Shown: one piece after another, positions 46,178 to 55,580 of the stretch
How positions within the stretch are numbered: the first letter of the stretch is position 1
Layout: each line of letters starts with the position of its first letter
Assembly: GCA_020341815.1 (NCBI GenBank)
Contig: CP070837.1
Coordinates: 216,209 to 280,208 of the forward strand
From: Candidatus Omnitrophota bacterium
Lineage (GTDB): Bacteria; Omnitrophota; Gorgyraeia; JAFGHF01
DNA: 64,000 nucleotides
Direction: 5' to 3'
Notes under the pieces: generated by a model
What the model was told of the DNA's origin: nothing
Database searches by the model: none
What the model saw: the letters and a program-made list of their open reading frames with translations, nothing else
Translations under genes and position numbers: made by a program

Positions 46178-46495
46178 ATGCTTAAATTCGAAGATTTCAA
46201 AAAGATGGATATTAGAATCGCCACTATTGTTGAGGCGGAAAAAGTATCCGGCGCGGATAAGCTTTTGAAATTGATTGTTGATTTGGGTGAAGAAAAAAGA
46301 CAGCTCATTGCCGGCATAGCCTTGCAATATGAAGCACAGGATGTAATAGGAAAGCAGGTTCCGGTGCTCTGCAATCTTGAGCCGGCAAAAATCAGAGGGG
46401 TGGAAAGTAACGGTATGGTCTTATGCGCGACGGCGCCTGATCCGGTTTTGCTTTCGCCGCTAAAAAAGGTGCCCGCCGGCAGTAAAATAAGGTGA
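46178..46495 (+). CDS. tRNA-binding domain protein (CsaA/Trbp111/MetRS C-terminal-like)
   Basis: 105 aa. FKKMDIRIATIVEAEKV..ADKLLKL.VDLGEE.RQ..AGI motif. Confidence 0.7.
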   Translation: MLKFEDFKKMDIRIATIVEAEKVSGADKLLKLIVDLGEEKRQLIAGIALQYEAQDVIGKQVPVLCNLEPAKIRGVESNGMVLCATAPDPVLLSPLKKVPAGSKIR

Positions 46496-46501
46496 GCATG
46501 A

Positions 46502-46616
46502 TGAACCCCGCCCTTCCAAACACTAAGCTTTGCATAAGAGATATGGGCGAGGGTAATAGGAAAGGAAGGACGGGGCTAACGCTTTGATATTACGAAGAAA
46601 GGAAGGGCGGGGTGAA
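46502..46616. repeat. MITE-like intergenic repeat, copy E (composite: A/B-type core plus D-type segment)
   Basis: TGAACCCCGCCCTTCC..TTGCATAAGAGATATGGGCGAGGG..GGAAGGACGGGGCTAACGCTTTGATATTACGAAGAAAGGAAGGGCGGGGTGAA. Supplies the GTG start of cutA. Confidence 0.85.
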
Positions 46617-46926
46617 ATTCAGTTTTGTTTATATCACGGCAAAAAATAAAGAAGAGGCGCGGAAAATCGGCAAGGAGCTGGTAGCCTCAAGGCTTGCAGC
46701 CTGCGTAAATATAATTGATAATATGAACTCTATCTACCGCTGGGAAGGCAAAATCCAGGACGATAACGAGGCCGTTCTTATTGCCAAGACTAAAGAGTCT
46801 TTAATGGATGAATTGATAGAAAAGGTAAAGTCCCTGCACAGCTACAGCTGCCCCTGCGTAATTTCTCTGCCTGTCTTAAATGGTAATAAGGATTATTTGG
46901 CCTGGCTTGCGAAGGAGACAAAATAG
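46612..46926 (+). CDS. cutA: Divalent-cation tolerance protein CutA
   Basis: 104 aa. CutA1 fold, consistent with the LAACVN motif. Confidence 0.75.
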   Translation: MKFSFVYITAKNKEEARKIGKELVASRLAACVNIIDNMNSIYRWEGKIQDDNEAVLIAKTKESLMDELIEKVKSLHSYSCPCVISLPVLNGNKDYLAWLAKETK

Positions 46927-46927
46927 A

Positions 46928-47160
46928 TGAACCCCGTATTATCATATTCACGGTATAATAATATTAAACAATTGAATTAATTCAACGTCAATTATCGGGC
47001 GGCCAGCCAGCCGCCCCTACAGGACATTTAAATAGCGACAGCGCCTATATATTGTACCCGTAGGGGCCGACGGCTGTCGGCCCGATAATAATACAAAATA
47101 AGGGAAACATATTTGGTGAATATAAAAATATCGTAGGGGCGGGGTGACCCCGCCCGAAAC
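46928..47160. repeat. Degenerate repeat-end / GC-palindrome cluster
   Basis: 5' TIR remnant TGAACCCCG (46928). Hairpins GGGCGGC-CAGCCAG-CCGCCC and GGGCCGAC-GGCT-GTCGGCCC enclosed by TTATCGGGC/GCCCGATAA. Abutting TIR pair GGGCGGGGTGACCCCGCCC at 47137..47155. Confidence 0.6.
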
Positions 47161-47193
47161 GTCTAAACAAAGATTGGAGGGATTTCTAACGGG

Positions 47194-48051
47194 GTGAAAA
47201 AAGAGTCGATGCATTGCGAGATACTGGAGGCGGGTAAGGTCAGGTGTCTTCTCTGTCCTCATGTTTGTCTGCTTAAGAAGGGCGAAGTGGGCCGCTGCGG
47301 CGTAAGGCAGAATGAGTATGGCCGGCTCTATTCTTTAATCTACGGCGAGGTCACGTCTTGTGCCTTAGACCCCATTGAGAAAAAGCCCCTTTATCATTTC
47401 CATCCGGGTGAACATATTCTTTCTTTAGGCACAAAGGGATGTAATCTCAAGTGTCCCTGGTGCCAGAACTGGGCGATTTCTCAAGAGTATGCAAGTTGTC
47501 CCACAGAAAAGTTAAGCCCTCAGGAGGCAGTTAGCCGGGCGAAGGAATTGAACTCCTTTGGCATCGCCTATACCTATAATGAACCGTTTATCTGGTATGA
47601 GTTTGTCTATGATACCGCACTTCTTGGGCACAAGGAAGGCCTGAAGAATGTCCTGGTGACCAACGGATATGTTAATCAGAAGCCCCTGGAGGAAATTATT
47701 TCACTTATCGATGCAATGAATATCGATGTTAAGTCAATGGACGATAATTTTTATAAGAAATACTGCGACGGAAGGCTCTCGCCCGTATTGCGCACGGCAG
47801 AGTTTTCGGCTGCGAGGTGCCACGTCGAAATTACCAATTTGATTATCCCCACACTTAATGACAGCCGGGAGAATTTCCAAAAATTGACGGACTGGGTGGC
47901 CGAGAAGTTAGGAAAGGACACCCCGCTTCACTTTTCCCGTTATTTTCCCGCCTATAAAATGGATATCCCGCCTACGCCGATAGAGACGCTGAAGGCGGCC
48001 GAAGAAATTGCCAGGAAGAAATTGCGTTATGTATATCTGGGTAATACTTAA
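47194..48051 (+). CDS. AmmeMemoRadiSam-system radical SAM enzyme (PflA-like activase family)
   Basis: 285 aa, GTG start within a GGGGTGAA motif. CNLKCPWCQN radical SAM motif. N-terminal C..C..C..C cluster typical of this family. Confidence 0.7.
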   Translation: MKKESMHCEILEAGKVRCLLCPHVCLLKKGEVGRCGVRQNEYGRLYSLIYGEVTSCALDPIEKKPLYHFHPGEHILSLGTKGCNLKCPWCQNWAISQEYASCPTEKLSPQEAVSRAKELNSFGIAYTYNEPFIWYEFVYDTALLGHKEGLKNVLVTNGYVNQKPLEEIISLIDAMNIDVKSMDDNFYKKYCDGRLSPVLRTAEFSAARCHVEITNLIIPTLNDSRENFQKLTDWVAEKLGKDTPLHFSRYFPAYKMDIPPTPIETLKAAEEIARKKLRYVYLGNT

Positions 48052-49670
48052 GGTAGGGATCGATTTTTAAGTTCCCCGAGATTGCTTAATAAGTTTGCTT
48101 GCCTTTTCAAATCTTCCAGCCAGTTGTTGAGAAAAACCATCTGTTTTCTTAAAAGGATTCTTTGACTGAATGTTTCCTTTTCCCGGGTAAATGTCTCTTC
48201 CTCAAAGGGAGCAATATCTATCAGGCTCAAAACGCAATACCCCTTGGAGATACTGAATAAACCGCTTATTTCACCGGGTTTAAGCCCGAAGGCAGCTTGC
48301 GCAAACTCGGCGCTGTCACCGATACCGGGAATATAATCTATTCTGGCAAATCTTTCGGTTTCCTCAACTGCCAGGGAGAGGTTTTCCGCTGCTTTTGAAA
48401 AACTCATCTTTTCTTCCTGCATCGATTTTTTGATTTGTTTAAAGTACTCTTCAGCTTTATCTTTAGCCAGCTGCCGGGATTTTTCTTTAATCACCGCCTG
48501 CTCAACTTCCTTTTCGGCTTCTTCTAAAGCGGGAATGTAGCTTTCCTTCTTTTCCTTTAGTTTGATGATGAAAAAGCCCTGGGGAGTCTCTATTACATCG
48601 CTTACCTCGCCTACCTTCATAGAAAAGGCGGCATTGAGCAGCTCGTAAGAAAGCCCTACCTCCGGAATAACGTCCTGCGGGCCGAAAAATCCGGTTTCTT
48701 TAATGCTAAGCTGATTCTTCTCTGCCGTTTCTTTGAAGAGCGCGGAGTTATTTGCGATTTCATCGGCTATCTGCCAGGCTTTATCTTCCTGAAGCGCGTA
48801 GGCCTTCTCTTGTCTCAAGACTCCTTTGATCTGCGCCTTTACTTCTTCTAAGGGCGTTGTAATTTCTTTATCTTTTTTATCTTTTCGGGTGAAATCTTCG
48901 ATGTGTTCCTGGTAATAACTGCCGATTTCCTCTTCGGTGGCCTCTATTCCAGAGAGGGCCTCTTCAAGATAAAAAGCCAGATATTGCAGATTGACCTGGT
49001 CGGGTTTTTTGAATTCGTCTTTGTGACTTTGATAATGTTCTTTTTTCTCTTCGTAGGAAGGATGGACTTCTTCTGTGAATTGCTGCGGTTCAATCAATAT
49101 ATAGAAGACCCTGGCCTTTTCGTTTTCCTTCCTGTATTCTTCTTTTATTTCCTCTTCACTAAGAGAGACTTCATTGATGACAGTCTCTCTTAGCTTATTA
49201 ATCTTGAGCGTTCCTCTTATCTGTTCTTCGAAATCGCGCGAGTTTGTGCGGAATACATAATCTAAGAGCAGATTATATCTGTCCCGGCTGAAGCGCCCGT
49301 CCTTTTGAAAAGAAGGCATCTTCCCGATAAAATCAATTACTTCGCGGTCTGAGACCTTTATCTTTTCCTTTTTCGCATGATAAAGCAGGATAAGCCTATC
49401 CCAGGCGGTCTCTTCCAGGTTAAGGGCTTTAGCCACCTGGTTAAAGTTGTCCCCGTGAATAAGTATGGCCTGGTTCCGGCAGGCCAGATACGAGGCCTCA
49501 TATTGGCTGAAGGAAACTTTCCTGCCGAAAATCTCACCCGCGTATTTAGGCAGGCCCTTTTGCCTTACGGAACTGCCGCTTCCCCATAAGACAAAGGCAG
49601 GGATAATCAATAGAGCCAAAACCCACATAATCTTTTTGACGTTTTCTCTTTTGCGCAAGAACTTGAGCAT
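48048..49670 (-). CDS. Periplasmic chaperone / peptidyl-prolyl isomerase, PpiD/SurA-like (parvulin domain)
   Basis: 540 aa. N-terminal TM anchor, chaperone domain, PpiC-type PPIase (..SDVIETPQGFFIIKL..). The only confident minus-strand gene. Confidence 0.75.
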   Translation of the reverse strand: MLKFLRKRENVKKIMWVLALLIIPAFVLWGSGSSVRQKGLPKYAGEIFGRKVSFSQYEASYLACRNQAILIHGDNFNQVAKALNLEETAWDRLILLYHAKKEKIKVSDREVIDFIGKMPSFQKDGRFSRDRYNLLLDYVFRTNSRDFEEQIRGTLKINKLRETVINEVSLSEEEIKEEYRKENEKARVFYILIEPQQFTEEVHPSYEEKKEHYQSHKDEFKKPDQVNLQYLAFYLEEALSGIEATEEEIGSYYQEHIEDFTRKDKKDKEITTPLEEVKAQIKGVLRQEKAYALQEDKAWQIADEIANNSALFKETAEKNQLSIKETGFFGPQDVIPEVGLSYELLNAAFSMKVGEVSDVIETPQGFFIIKLKEKKESYIPALEEAEKEVEQAVIKEKSRQLAKDKAEEYFKQIKKSMQEEKMSFSKAAENLSLAVEETERFARIDYIPGIGDSAEFAQAAFGLKPGEISGLFSISKGYCVLSLIDIAPFEEETFTREKETFSQRILLRKQMVFLNNWLEDLKRQANLLSNLGELKNRSLP

Positions 49671-49699
49671 TGTTTTTTACCTCGACTTTCTTTTGGGTT

Positions 49700-49728
49700 A
49701 TTATATCCCAATCGCCTTAAATTGACAA
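49700..49728 (-). promoter_or_regulatory. Sigma70-type promoter for the ppiD-like gene (minus strand)
   Basis: On the minus strand: TTGTCA, 17 nt spacer, TATAAT, about 23 nt upstream of RBS GAGGTAAAA and the ATG at 49670. Confidence 0.6.
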
Positions 49729-49802
49729 GCCCGATTTATACAATAATCTTTACAAATCTCTTCCGATATGTTAAAATTTAAGGACTAAAAGGGGTATTTA
49801 CC

Positions 49803-49831
49803 TTGACATTTTAGCTATAACAGGATACAAT
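49803..49831 (+). promoter_or_regulatory. Sigma70-type promoter upstream of hisG
   Basis: TTGACA (49803..49808), 17 nt spacer, TACAAT (49826..49831). Confidence 0.6.
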
Positions 49832-49959
49832 GTTAAAGCCAAAATCGCCGATAAAGATTAGAAAGCGCTGGAAGATTAACCCCAAGACTAAAATCAAGGA
49901 AAGCGCCAAACGTTATTCCAGAAAGAAAGATAAAAAACTTGTGCGCAAAGCCATCAAAA

Positions 49960-50844
49960 ATGCAGAAAAAGAAATTACTTAAATTAGGCCTGCCCAAGGG
50001 CAGCCTTCAGGAAGCGACCTTAAAGATGTTCCAGAATGCAGGCTTTAAGGTCAGCGTCTCGAAGCGGTCTTATTTCCCGGATATCGACGATCCCCAGATA
50101 GAGCCGATTTTGTTGCGTGCCCAGGAGATGTCCCGTTATGTAGAAGCGGGAGCGCTTGACTGCGGTATTACCGGAGAAGACTGGGTTTTGGAAAATTCCT
50201 CCCAGGTAATCAGGGCCGCAGAGCTTATTTATGCAAAGAGAAAGCTTGTGCCCATAAGGTGGGTGCTGGCGGTTCCCGCTAATTCCAGGATTAAGAGTGT
50301 TCGGGACTTAAAAGGAAAACGCATTGCCACGGAGCTGGTAAATGTAACGCGTAAGTATTTGGCCAGAAATAAGGTCAAGGCGGATGTTGAGTTCAGCTGG
50401 GGCGCCACAGAGGCAAAATTGGCCACCGGGCTTGTGAAGGCTATAGTAGAACTTACAGAGACCGGTGCTACGCTTTCCGCGCACAATTTGCGCATTGTGG
50501 ATACGGTATGCACTTCTGTAACGCAAGTAGTTGCCAACAAGAAAAGCTGGCAGGATTCCTGGAAAAGGAAAAAGATTGAGGAGCTGGCCCTTTTGCTCAA
50601 CGGGGCGGTGGAGGCCCAGGAGAAGGTGGGCCTGAAGATGAATGTGCGCGATGAAGATCTGAAAAAGGTCTTAAGCGTCTTACCGGCAATGCGCAAGCCC
50701 ACTGTTTCCGGATTAAGTCAGAAGGGATGGTCGGCCCTGGAGACCGTAATCGATGAGAAGGTGGCCAGAAATTTAATTCCCAGATTAAAAAAGGCCGGCG
50801 CAGAAGGAATTATTGAATATCCATTAAATAAAGTTATTCATTGA
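49960..50844 (+). CDS. hisG: ATP phosphoribosyltransferase, long form with C-terminal regulatory domain
   Basis: [18 protein letters not shown]..., periplasmic-binding-like fold plus C-terminal HisG_C. Start at ATG 49960 preferred over the 49939 ATG. Confidence 0.8.
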   Translation: MQKKKLLKLGLPKGSLQEATLKMFQNAGFKVSVSKRSYFPDIDDPQIEPILLRAQEMSRYVEAGALDCGITGEDWVLENSSQVIRAAELIYAKRKLVPIRWVLAVPANSRIKSVRDLKGKRIATELVNVTRKYLARNKVKADVEFSWGATEAKLATGLVKAIVELTETGATLSAHNLRIVDTVCTSVTQVVANKKSWQDSWKRKKIEELALLLNGAVEAQEKVGLKMNVRDEDLKKVLSVLPAMRKPTVSGLSQKGWSALETVIDEKVARNLIPRLKKAGAEGIIEYPLNKVIH

Positions 50845-50868
50845 TCGGAAACACAGGAGAAACTCAGA

Positions 50869-50958
50869 ATGCCTTGCGGGAAAAAGCGAAAAAGAAAAAA
50901 GATGGCCAAGCACAAAAGAAAAAAGAGAATGAGACGAGACAGGCATAAGAAGAAATAG
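50869..50958 (+). CDS. Ribosomal protein bS22-like (AURKAIP1/mS38 family), 29 aa
   Basis: MPCGKKRKRKKMAKHKRKKRMRRDRHKKK matches the KRKRKM.K.KHRK..RR pattern of bS22/mS38. RBS ACAGGAGA. Absent from the ORF track (shorter than 60 aa). Confidence 0.6.
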   Translation: MPCGKKRKRKKMAKHKRKKRMRRDRHKKK

Positions 50959-50973
50959 ACTAATCCATTGTAA

Positions 50974-52506
50974 ATGCGCAAATTAGCGAGTGTAACGATA
51001 GCCTTAATTATATTTTTCTCCTGTGCCGGAATAAGGATGAGTTTTTCCGATCTTTCTCTGGAAGGCTTCAGCCCCCTGCCTCCGCAAACGCCAAAAACTC
51101 TCTCCCAGACTTTCGCCCACTATATCCGTGGTCTTCTATATGACAGCCAGGACAAGGTCGATGAGGCTATCGAAGAGTATCTTCAGGCCTCGGCATTAGA
51201 TTCGACGGCCTGGGCAATTCGTAAAAAGCTGGCCATAGATTATATAAGGAGCGGACAGTACGATAAGGCCGAGCAGGAACTGCTTGTAGTCAAAAAGCTA
51301 AAGCCCGATGATAAAAACGTGCGCCTGATTTTGGCCCACTTCTACACCGCACAGGAGAAGTTCGAGGAAGCTACCGCCGAATACGAGGAATTGCAAAAAA
51401 CTTATCCTTCCGACCTGGAAATCCTGGCTTCTTTAGCCGACCTTTATGTGGTTCAGGAAAAAATCGAAGAGGCAATTGCGGTATATCAGAAACTGCTCCA
51501 GGAAAAACCGCAATCGGCGCAGATACATTTTAACCTGGGTACAATCTATACGAAGGTCAACGAGCTCGATAAAGCCGAGGAGCACTTTAAAAAGGCCCTG
51601 GAGTGCGACCCTGAATATATGCAGGCGGAGCTGGCCCTGGGTCTTTTAAGCGAGGTCAATCAGGACTTGCCCGGGGCCATCGAGCACTATCAGAAGGCCC
51701 TCGAGGTGGATCCGCTTAATATAGGCGTGTATCGCCGTCTGGCACAGACGTATTACCGCGATAAAAGAATCGAAGAGGCTATCCGCCAATACAGATTTAT
51801 CCTGAAGCTCAAGCCTAACGATATAAATACCTACCTGGAGCTGGCCTATGTTTATTTGAATCAGGAGCGGCCTAAAGATTGTATCGAGCTGCTTAAAGAG
51901 GCCCAGGAGTATAAAGCAAGTTGGGGGGCAACGAAAGAGGAGGAGGCCCAGCTTTATCTTATGTTGGGCTTAGCCTATATTCGTAATTCGCAAGAAGCCG
52001 AAGCCATCAAGGCCTATAAGGACTCTATCGAGGCCCAGCCGGCAAGCGGGGTAAGTTACTTTTATCTCGGCGCCGCATACGAGCAGAGCGGCAGGCGCCG
52101 TGAGGCTTATGAGGCCCTGAAGAAGTCCGTGGAATTGGACGAGGCAAATGCCGATGCCTTAAATTACTTAGGTTATATGTATGCCGACGACGGCATAAAG
52201 CTTGATGAGGCCGAGAGACTGATTGATAAGGCCCTGGAAATGGATCCCGATAACGGCGCCTACATCGACAGCCTGGGCTGGGTTTATTTTAGAAAAGGAA
52301 AGATTGAGGAAGCCAAAGACTTGATAGAGAAGGCCGCAGGCCTCTTAGAAGATGCGGAAATCTTTGAGCACCTGGGGGATGTTTATCGCACCCAGGGGCG
52401 CATGGAAAGCGCAAAAGAGGCCTATGAGCGCGCCCTTAAGCTTGAACCGGAACGAGAATCAGTAAAAGAGAAATTAAGAAAATGTCTCATACTCCAGAGA
52501 AGATAA
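50974..52506 (+). CDS. TPR-repeat lipoprotein
   Basis: 510 aa. Signal peptide plus lipobox FFSCAG. About 12 TPR repeats. Confidence 0.7.
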   Translation: MRKLASVTIALIIFFSCAGIRMSFSDLSLEGFSPLPPQTPKTLSQTFAHYIRGLLYDSQDKVDEAIEEYLQASALDSTAWAIRKKLAIDYIRSGQYDKAEQELLVVKKLKPDDKNVRLILAHFYTAQEKFEEATAEYEELQKTYPSDLEILASLADLYVVQEKIEEAIAVYQKLLQEKPQSAQIHFNLGTIYTKVNELDKAEEHFKKALECDPEYMQAELALGLLSEVNQDLPGAIEHYQKALEVDPLNIGVYRRLAQTYYRDKRIEEAIRQYRFILKLKPNDINTYLELAYVYLNQERPKDCIELLKEAQEYKASWGATKEEEAQLYLMLGLAYIRNSQEAEAIKAYKDSIEAQPASGVSYFYLGAAYEQSGRRREAYEALKKSVELDEANADALNYLGYMYADDGIKLDEAERLIDKALEMDPDNGAYIDSLGWVYFRKGKIEEAKDLIEKAAGLLEDAEIFEHLGDVYRTQGRMESAKEAYERALKLEPERESVKEKLRKCLILQRR

Positions 52507-53303
52507 AGGAATTAGAGAAAAAGGCAAAAAAGATCAGGCGGCTGATTGTTAAAATGCTGGCCAAGGCTGGCTCCGGGCATCCGGGAGGCTCGCTTTCCTC
52601 GACGGATATAGTAACCTCTCTTTATTTTTCGGTTATGCGATATGACCCCAAAGACCTGCGTTGCCTGAAGAGTGACAGATTCCATATGTCCAAAGGGCAC
52701 TGTTGCCCTTTATTGTATGCGGTTCTGGCGGAGACGGGTTACTTTCCGGAGAAGGAACTCTGGACCCTGCGTAATTTAGGCAGTATTCTCCAGGGGCATC
52801 CGGACTGGAGGACCCCCGGGGTAAATGTAGCCAGCGGTTCTTTAGGCCAGGGGCTTTCCGTGGCCCTGGGGATGGCCTTAGCCGCAAGGCTTAATAACTC
52901 GCCTTCCAGGATATATTGCCTTTTGGGGGATGGGGAGATACAGGAGGGCCAGATCTGGGAAGCAGCAATGGCCTGCGCCCACTACGGCTGCGATAATCTC
53001 TGCGCTATTTTAGACCACAACGGTTACCAGATCGACGGCAAGGTCAAGGATATAATGAACATTGAGCCTTTGGCGGATAAATGGCAGGCCTTTGGCTGGC
53101 ACACCATAAATATTGACGGACATAACATCGCCCAGATACTCACCGCCTTTGATCGGGCTAAAAAAGTGAAGGGCAAGCCCACAATTATTATTGCCAAGAC
53201 AACCAAGGGCAAGGGGGTCTCTTTCATGGAAAATGTAGTTGATTTCCATGGCCGGGCCCCGACAGCCGAAGAAGCAGAGCAAGCCCTTAAGGAGTTAAGT
53301 TAA
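52482..53303 (+). CDS. Transketolase, N-terminal (TPP-binding) subunit
   Basis: 273 aa. GSGHPGGSLS TPP-binding motif and GDGE..EG..WEA motif. Confidence 0.85.
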   Translation: MSHTPEKIKELEKKAKKIRRLIVKMLAKAGSGHPGGSLSSTDIVTSLYFSVMRYDPKDLRCLKSDRFHMSKGHCCPLLYAVLAETGYFPEKELWTLRNLGSILQGHPDWRTPGVNVASGSLGQGLSVALGMALAARLNNSPSRIYCLLGDGEIQEGQIWEAAMACAHYGCDNLCAILDHNGYQIDGKVKDIMNIEPLADKWQAFGWHTINIDGHNIAQILTAFDRAKKVKGKPTIIIAKTTKGKGVSFMENVVDFHGRAPTAEEAEQALKELS

Positions 53304-53305
53304 AT

Positions 53306-54244
53306 ATGACGGAGATGCTTTATGCCAGGGACGCCTATGGCGAAGCCCTGGTAGAAATAGGCCAGAAGAATAAAGATATCGTGGTTTTGGATGCGGACCT
53401 GGCCGGCTCAACCAGGACGGCCAAGTTTGGCAAAAAGTTTCCCCGGAGATTCTTTGACTTTGGCGTAGCCGAACAAAATATGATGGGGGCCGCAGGCGGC
53501 CTGGCCAGCTGCGGGAAGATTCCCTTTGTAAGCACCTTTGCTATCTTCGGCTCAGGCCGTGCCTGGGACCAGGTGAGAAATACTATTTGCTACAATAAGC
53601 TAAACGTAAAGATTGTCGTAACTCATGCCGGTATTACCGTAGGCCCCGACGGCTCAAGTCACCAGGCTATCGAAGATATCGGCTTAATGAGAGCTATTCC
53701 CAATATGACTATTGTAGTTCCTTGTGATGCCCCGGAGACAAAAGAAGCAATTTATGCCGCGGCCGAATATCGCGGGCCGGTCTATGTGCGCCTGGGCAGG
53801 TCCAAGGTTACTACTGTGAGCAAAAAAGGTAACTTCAAAATTGGCCAGGCATGTATCTTGCGCGAAGGCAAAGACGTCAGTATTATTGCCTGCGGGATAA
53901 TGGTAAAACAGGCCCTGGATGCCGCAGAGATACTGGAGGCCGAAGGCGTAAGCGTGCGAGTGGTGAATATGCATACCATAAGGCCGCTGGATAAAAAAAC
54001 TATTATCGAATGCGCAAAATTGACCAAAGGAATTGTCAGTTGCGAGGAGCACCTGCTTAGTGGCGGTTTGGGTTCTGCGATAGCGACTGTCCTGGCTGAA
54101 AATATACCTACCCCTATGGCAATGATAGGTATCAGGGACAGATTCGGGCAGTCGGGTGCTCCGGATGAGTTAATTAAAGAATATCACTTGACCTCAGAGG
54201 ACATTGTTCAGGCCTGCAGAAAATTATTAACTTATGCTCGCTAA
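53306..54244 (+). CDS. Transketolase, C-terminal (pyrimidine-binding) subunit
   Basis: 312 aa. Carries the FDFGVAEQNMMG motif. Confidence 0.85.
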   Translation: MTEMLYARDAYGEALVEIGQKNKDIVVLDADLAGSTRTAKFGKKFPRRFFDFGVAEQNMMGAAGGLASCGKIPFVSTFAIFGSGRAWDQVRNTICYNKLNVKIVVTHAGITVGPDGSSHQAIEDIGLMRAIPNMTIVVPCDAPETKEAIYAAAEYRGPVYVRLGRSKVTTVSKKGNFKIGQACILREGKDVSIIACGIMVKQALDAAEILEAEGVSVRVVNMHTIRPLDKKTIIECAKLTKGIVSCEEHLLSGGLGSAIATVLAENIPTPMAMIGIRDRFGQSGAPDELIKEYHLTSEDIVQACRKLLTYAR

Positions 54245-54256
54245 CTACTTTTTAAC

Positions 54257-55126
54257 ATGCAGATAATTAATCTTAAGGCGCCGGCTAAAATAAATCTTCA
54301 CCTGGATGTATTGGCAAAGCGACGTGATGGGTTTCACGATATTGAGACCATCTTTGAAAAAATAGGCCTCTGCGATGAAATCAGCTTAAGCAGGCAAAGG
54401 CAGGGCATTACGGTTTTCTGCCGGCACAAAGATGTGCCCAAAGACGCAAGTAACCTCGGGTTCAGGGCAGCGCGGCTACTGCTGGCAAAGACCGGTTGCG
54501 CAGGCGGAGTGCGGATAAAGATAGTTAAAAGGATTCCCGTAGCTTGCGGTTTAGGGGGAGGAAGTTCAGACGCCGCCTCCGTGCTTTTAGGTCTGAACGA
54601 ACTACTGGGGTTAAAGCAGACCCGGCCCCAGTTGCTTAAGATAGCGAAAGAGCTGGGAGCGGATGTTCCGTTTTTTATTCTGGGCCAGACAGGGGCAATT
54701 GGCCGGGGAAAAGGCGATATCCTGACCCCTTTAAGGGTAGAGAGAAAAAGCTGGTATATTTTAGTGATTCCCGAATTTAGGGTTTTTACCCCCATGATGT
54801 ATAAAGCCTTGAGAATAGCCTTGACAAAAGTCCCCCGCAGTGTTAAAATTGTGCTCCACGCCCTCAAAACCGGCAACCTAACTGCCTTTGACAAATACAG
54901 TTATAACAGTTTTGAGCCGGTTCTTATAAAAAAATATAGAGAAATTTCAAAGATCAAAAAGGCCCTCAAATCTTGTGGAGTCAACGCAGCTAAGGTATCT
55001 GGAAGTGGGCCTTGTGTTTTTGGGATTGCTCGGACTCGAAAGGAGGCGATGGATATAAGTAAAAAGTTGCGAGCAACAGGAGAAGCCTGGCGGGTAATAG
55101 TTACCAAGACATATCAGAATCATTAA
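54257..55126 (+). CDS. ispE: 4-diphosphocytidyl-2-C-methyl-D-erythritol kinase
   Basis: APAKINL..L motif. GHMP kinase motif P.ACGLGGGSSDAA. Confidence 0.85.
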   Translation: MQIINLKAPAKINLHLDVLAKRRDGFHDIETIFEKIGLCDEISLSRQRQGITVFCRHKDVPKDASNLGFRAARLLLAKTGCAGGVRIKIVKRIPVACGLGGGSSDAASVLLGLNELLGLKQTRPQLLKIAKELGADVPFFILGQTGAIGRGKGDILTPLRVERKSWYILVIPEFRVFTPMMYKALRIALTKVPRSVKIVLHALKTGNLTAFDKYSYNSFEPVLIKKYREISKIKKALKSCGVNAAKVSGSGPCVFGIARTRKEAMDISKKLRATGEAWRVIVTKTYQNH

Positions 55127-55148
55127 GGTGAGGAGGGCTTAAGGAAAT

Positions 55149-55574
55149 ATGGAAATAACAGAGGTGAGAATTTTTTTACGAGATAATCCAGCGACGAAAC
55201 TCAGGGCTTACGCCACAATTACCTTTGATAACGCTTTTGTAGTCAGAAATATAAAGGTCATTGAGGGCAATAAAGGTTTATTTGTCGCAATGCCTTCCCG
55301 GAGAATTGAAGACCCCTGTCCCAAGTGCGGGGCCAAAAATTCCCTAAGAAGCAAGTATTGCAATCAATGTGCAAGTCTTCTTCCGCAAAAAGAAAGCCCG
55401 ATATCGTCGGAAAATGAAAGAATTTTTGCTGGCGAAGATAAAACTGATCGCCGCTCCGAACACAGAGATATCGCTCATCCTATTAATATGGAGACCAGGG
55501 AATACATTCAGAATAAAATTTTAGAGACTTATGATTTGGAGAAGGCCCAGAGGTTGCAACACAAAGAAGTATAA
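55149..55574 (+). CDS. spoVG: SpoVG family protein with about 45-aa zinc-ribbon insertion
   Basis: MEITEVRIFLRDNP..AYATITFDNAFVVRNIKVIEGNKGLFVAMPSRR then insertion EDPCPKCGAKNSLRSKYCNQCASLL.., then the conserved HRDIAHPIN. Confidence 0.8.
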   Translation: MEITEVRIFLRDNPATKLRAYATITFDNAFVVRNIKVIEGNKGLFVAMPSRRIEDPCPKCGAKNSLRSKYCNQCASLLPQKESPISSENERIFAGEDKTDRRSEHRDIAHPINMETREYIQNKILETYDLEKAQRLQHKEV

Positions 55575-55580
55575 TAACGT

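Noticed and set aside
48903-49193. 96-aa plus-strand ORF
   Set aside because: It lies inside and antisense to the conserved ppiD-like gene. Phe/Leu-rich translation of the complementary Lys/Glu-rich strand.
49830-49982. 50-aa very basic ORF ([19 protein letters not shown]...) upstream of hisG, considered as a his leader peptide or ribosomal protein
   Set aside because: The ATG sits inside the predicted -10 hexamer, so it would not be on the transcript. It has no His codons. The A-rich spacer naturally yields Lys-rich frames.
52482-54244. Transketolase split into two ORFs, as a possible frameshift or pseudogene
   Set aside because: The split falls exactly at the known N-terminal/C-terminal subunit boundary. 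Each part has its own start codon and SD. Two-subunit transketolases are an established arrangement.
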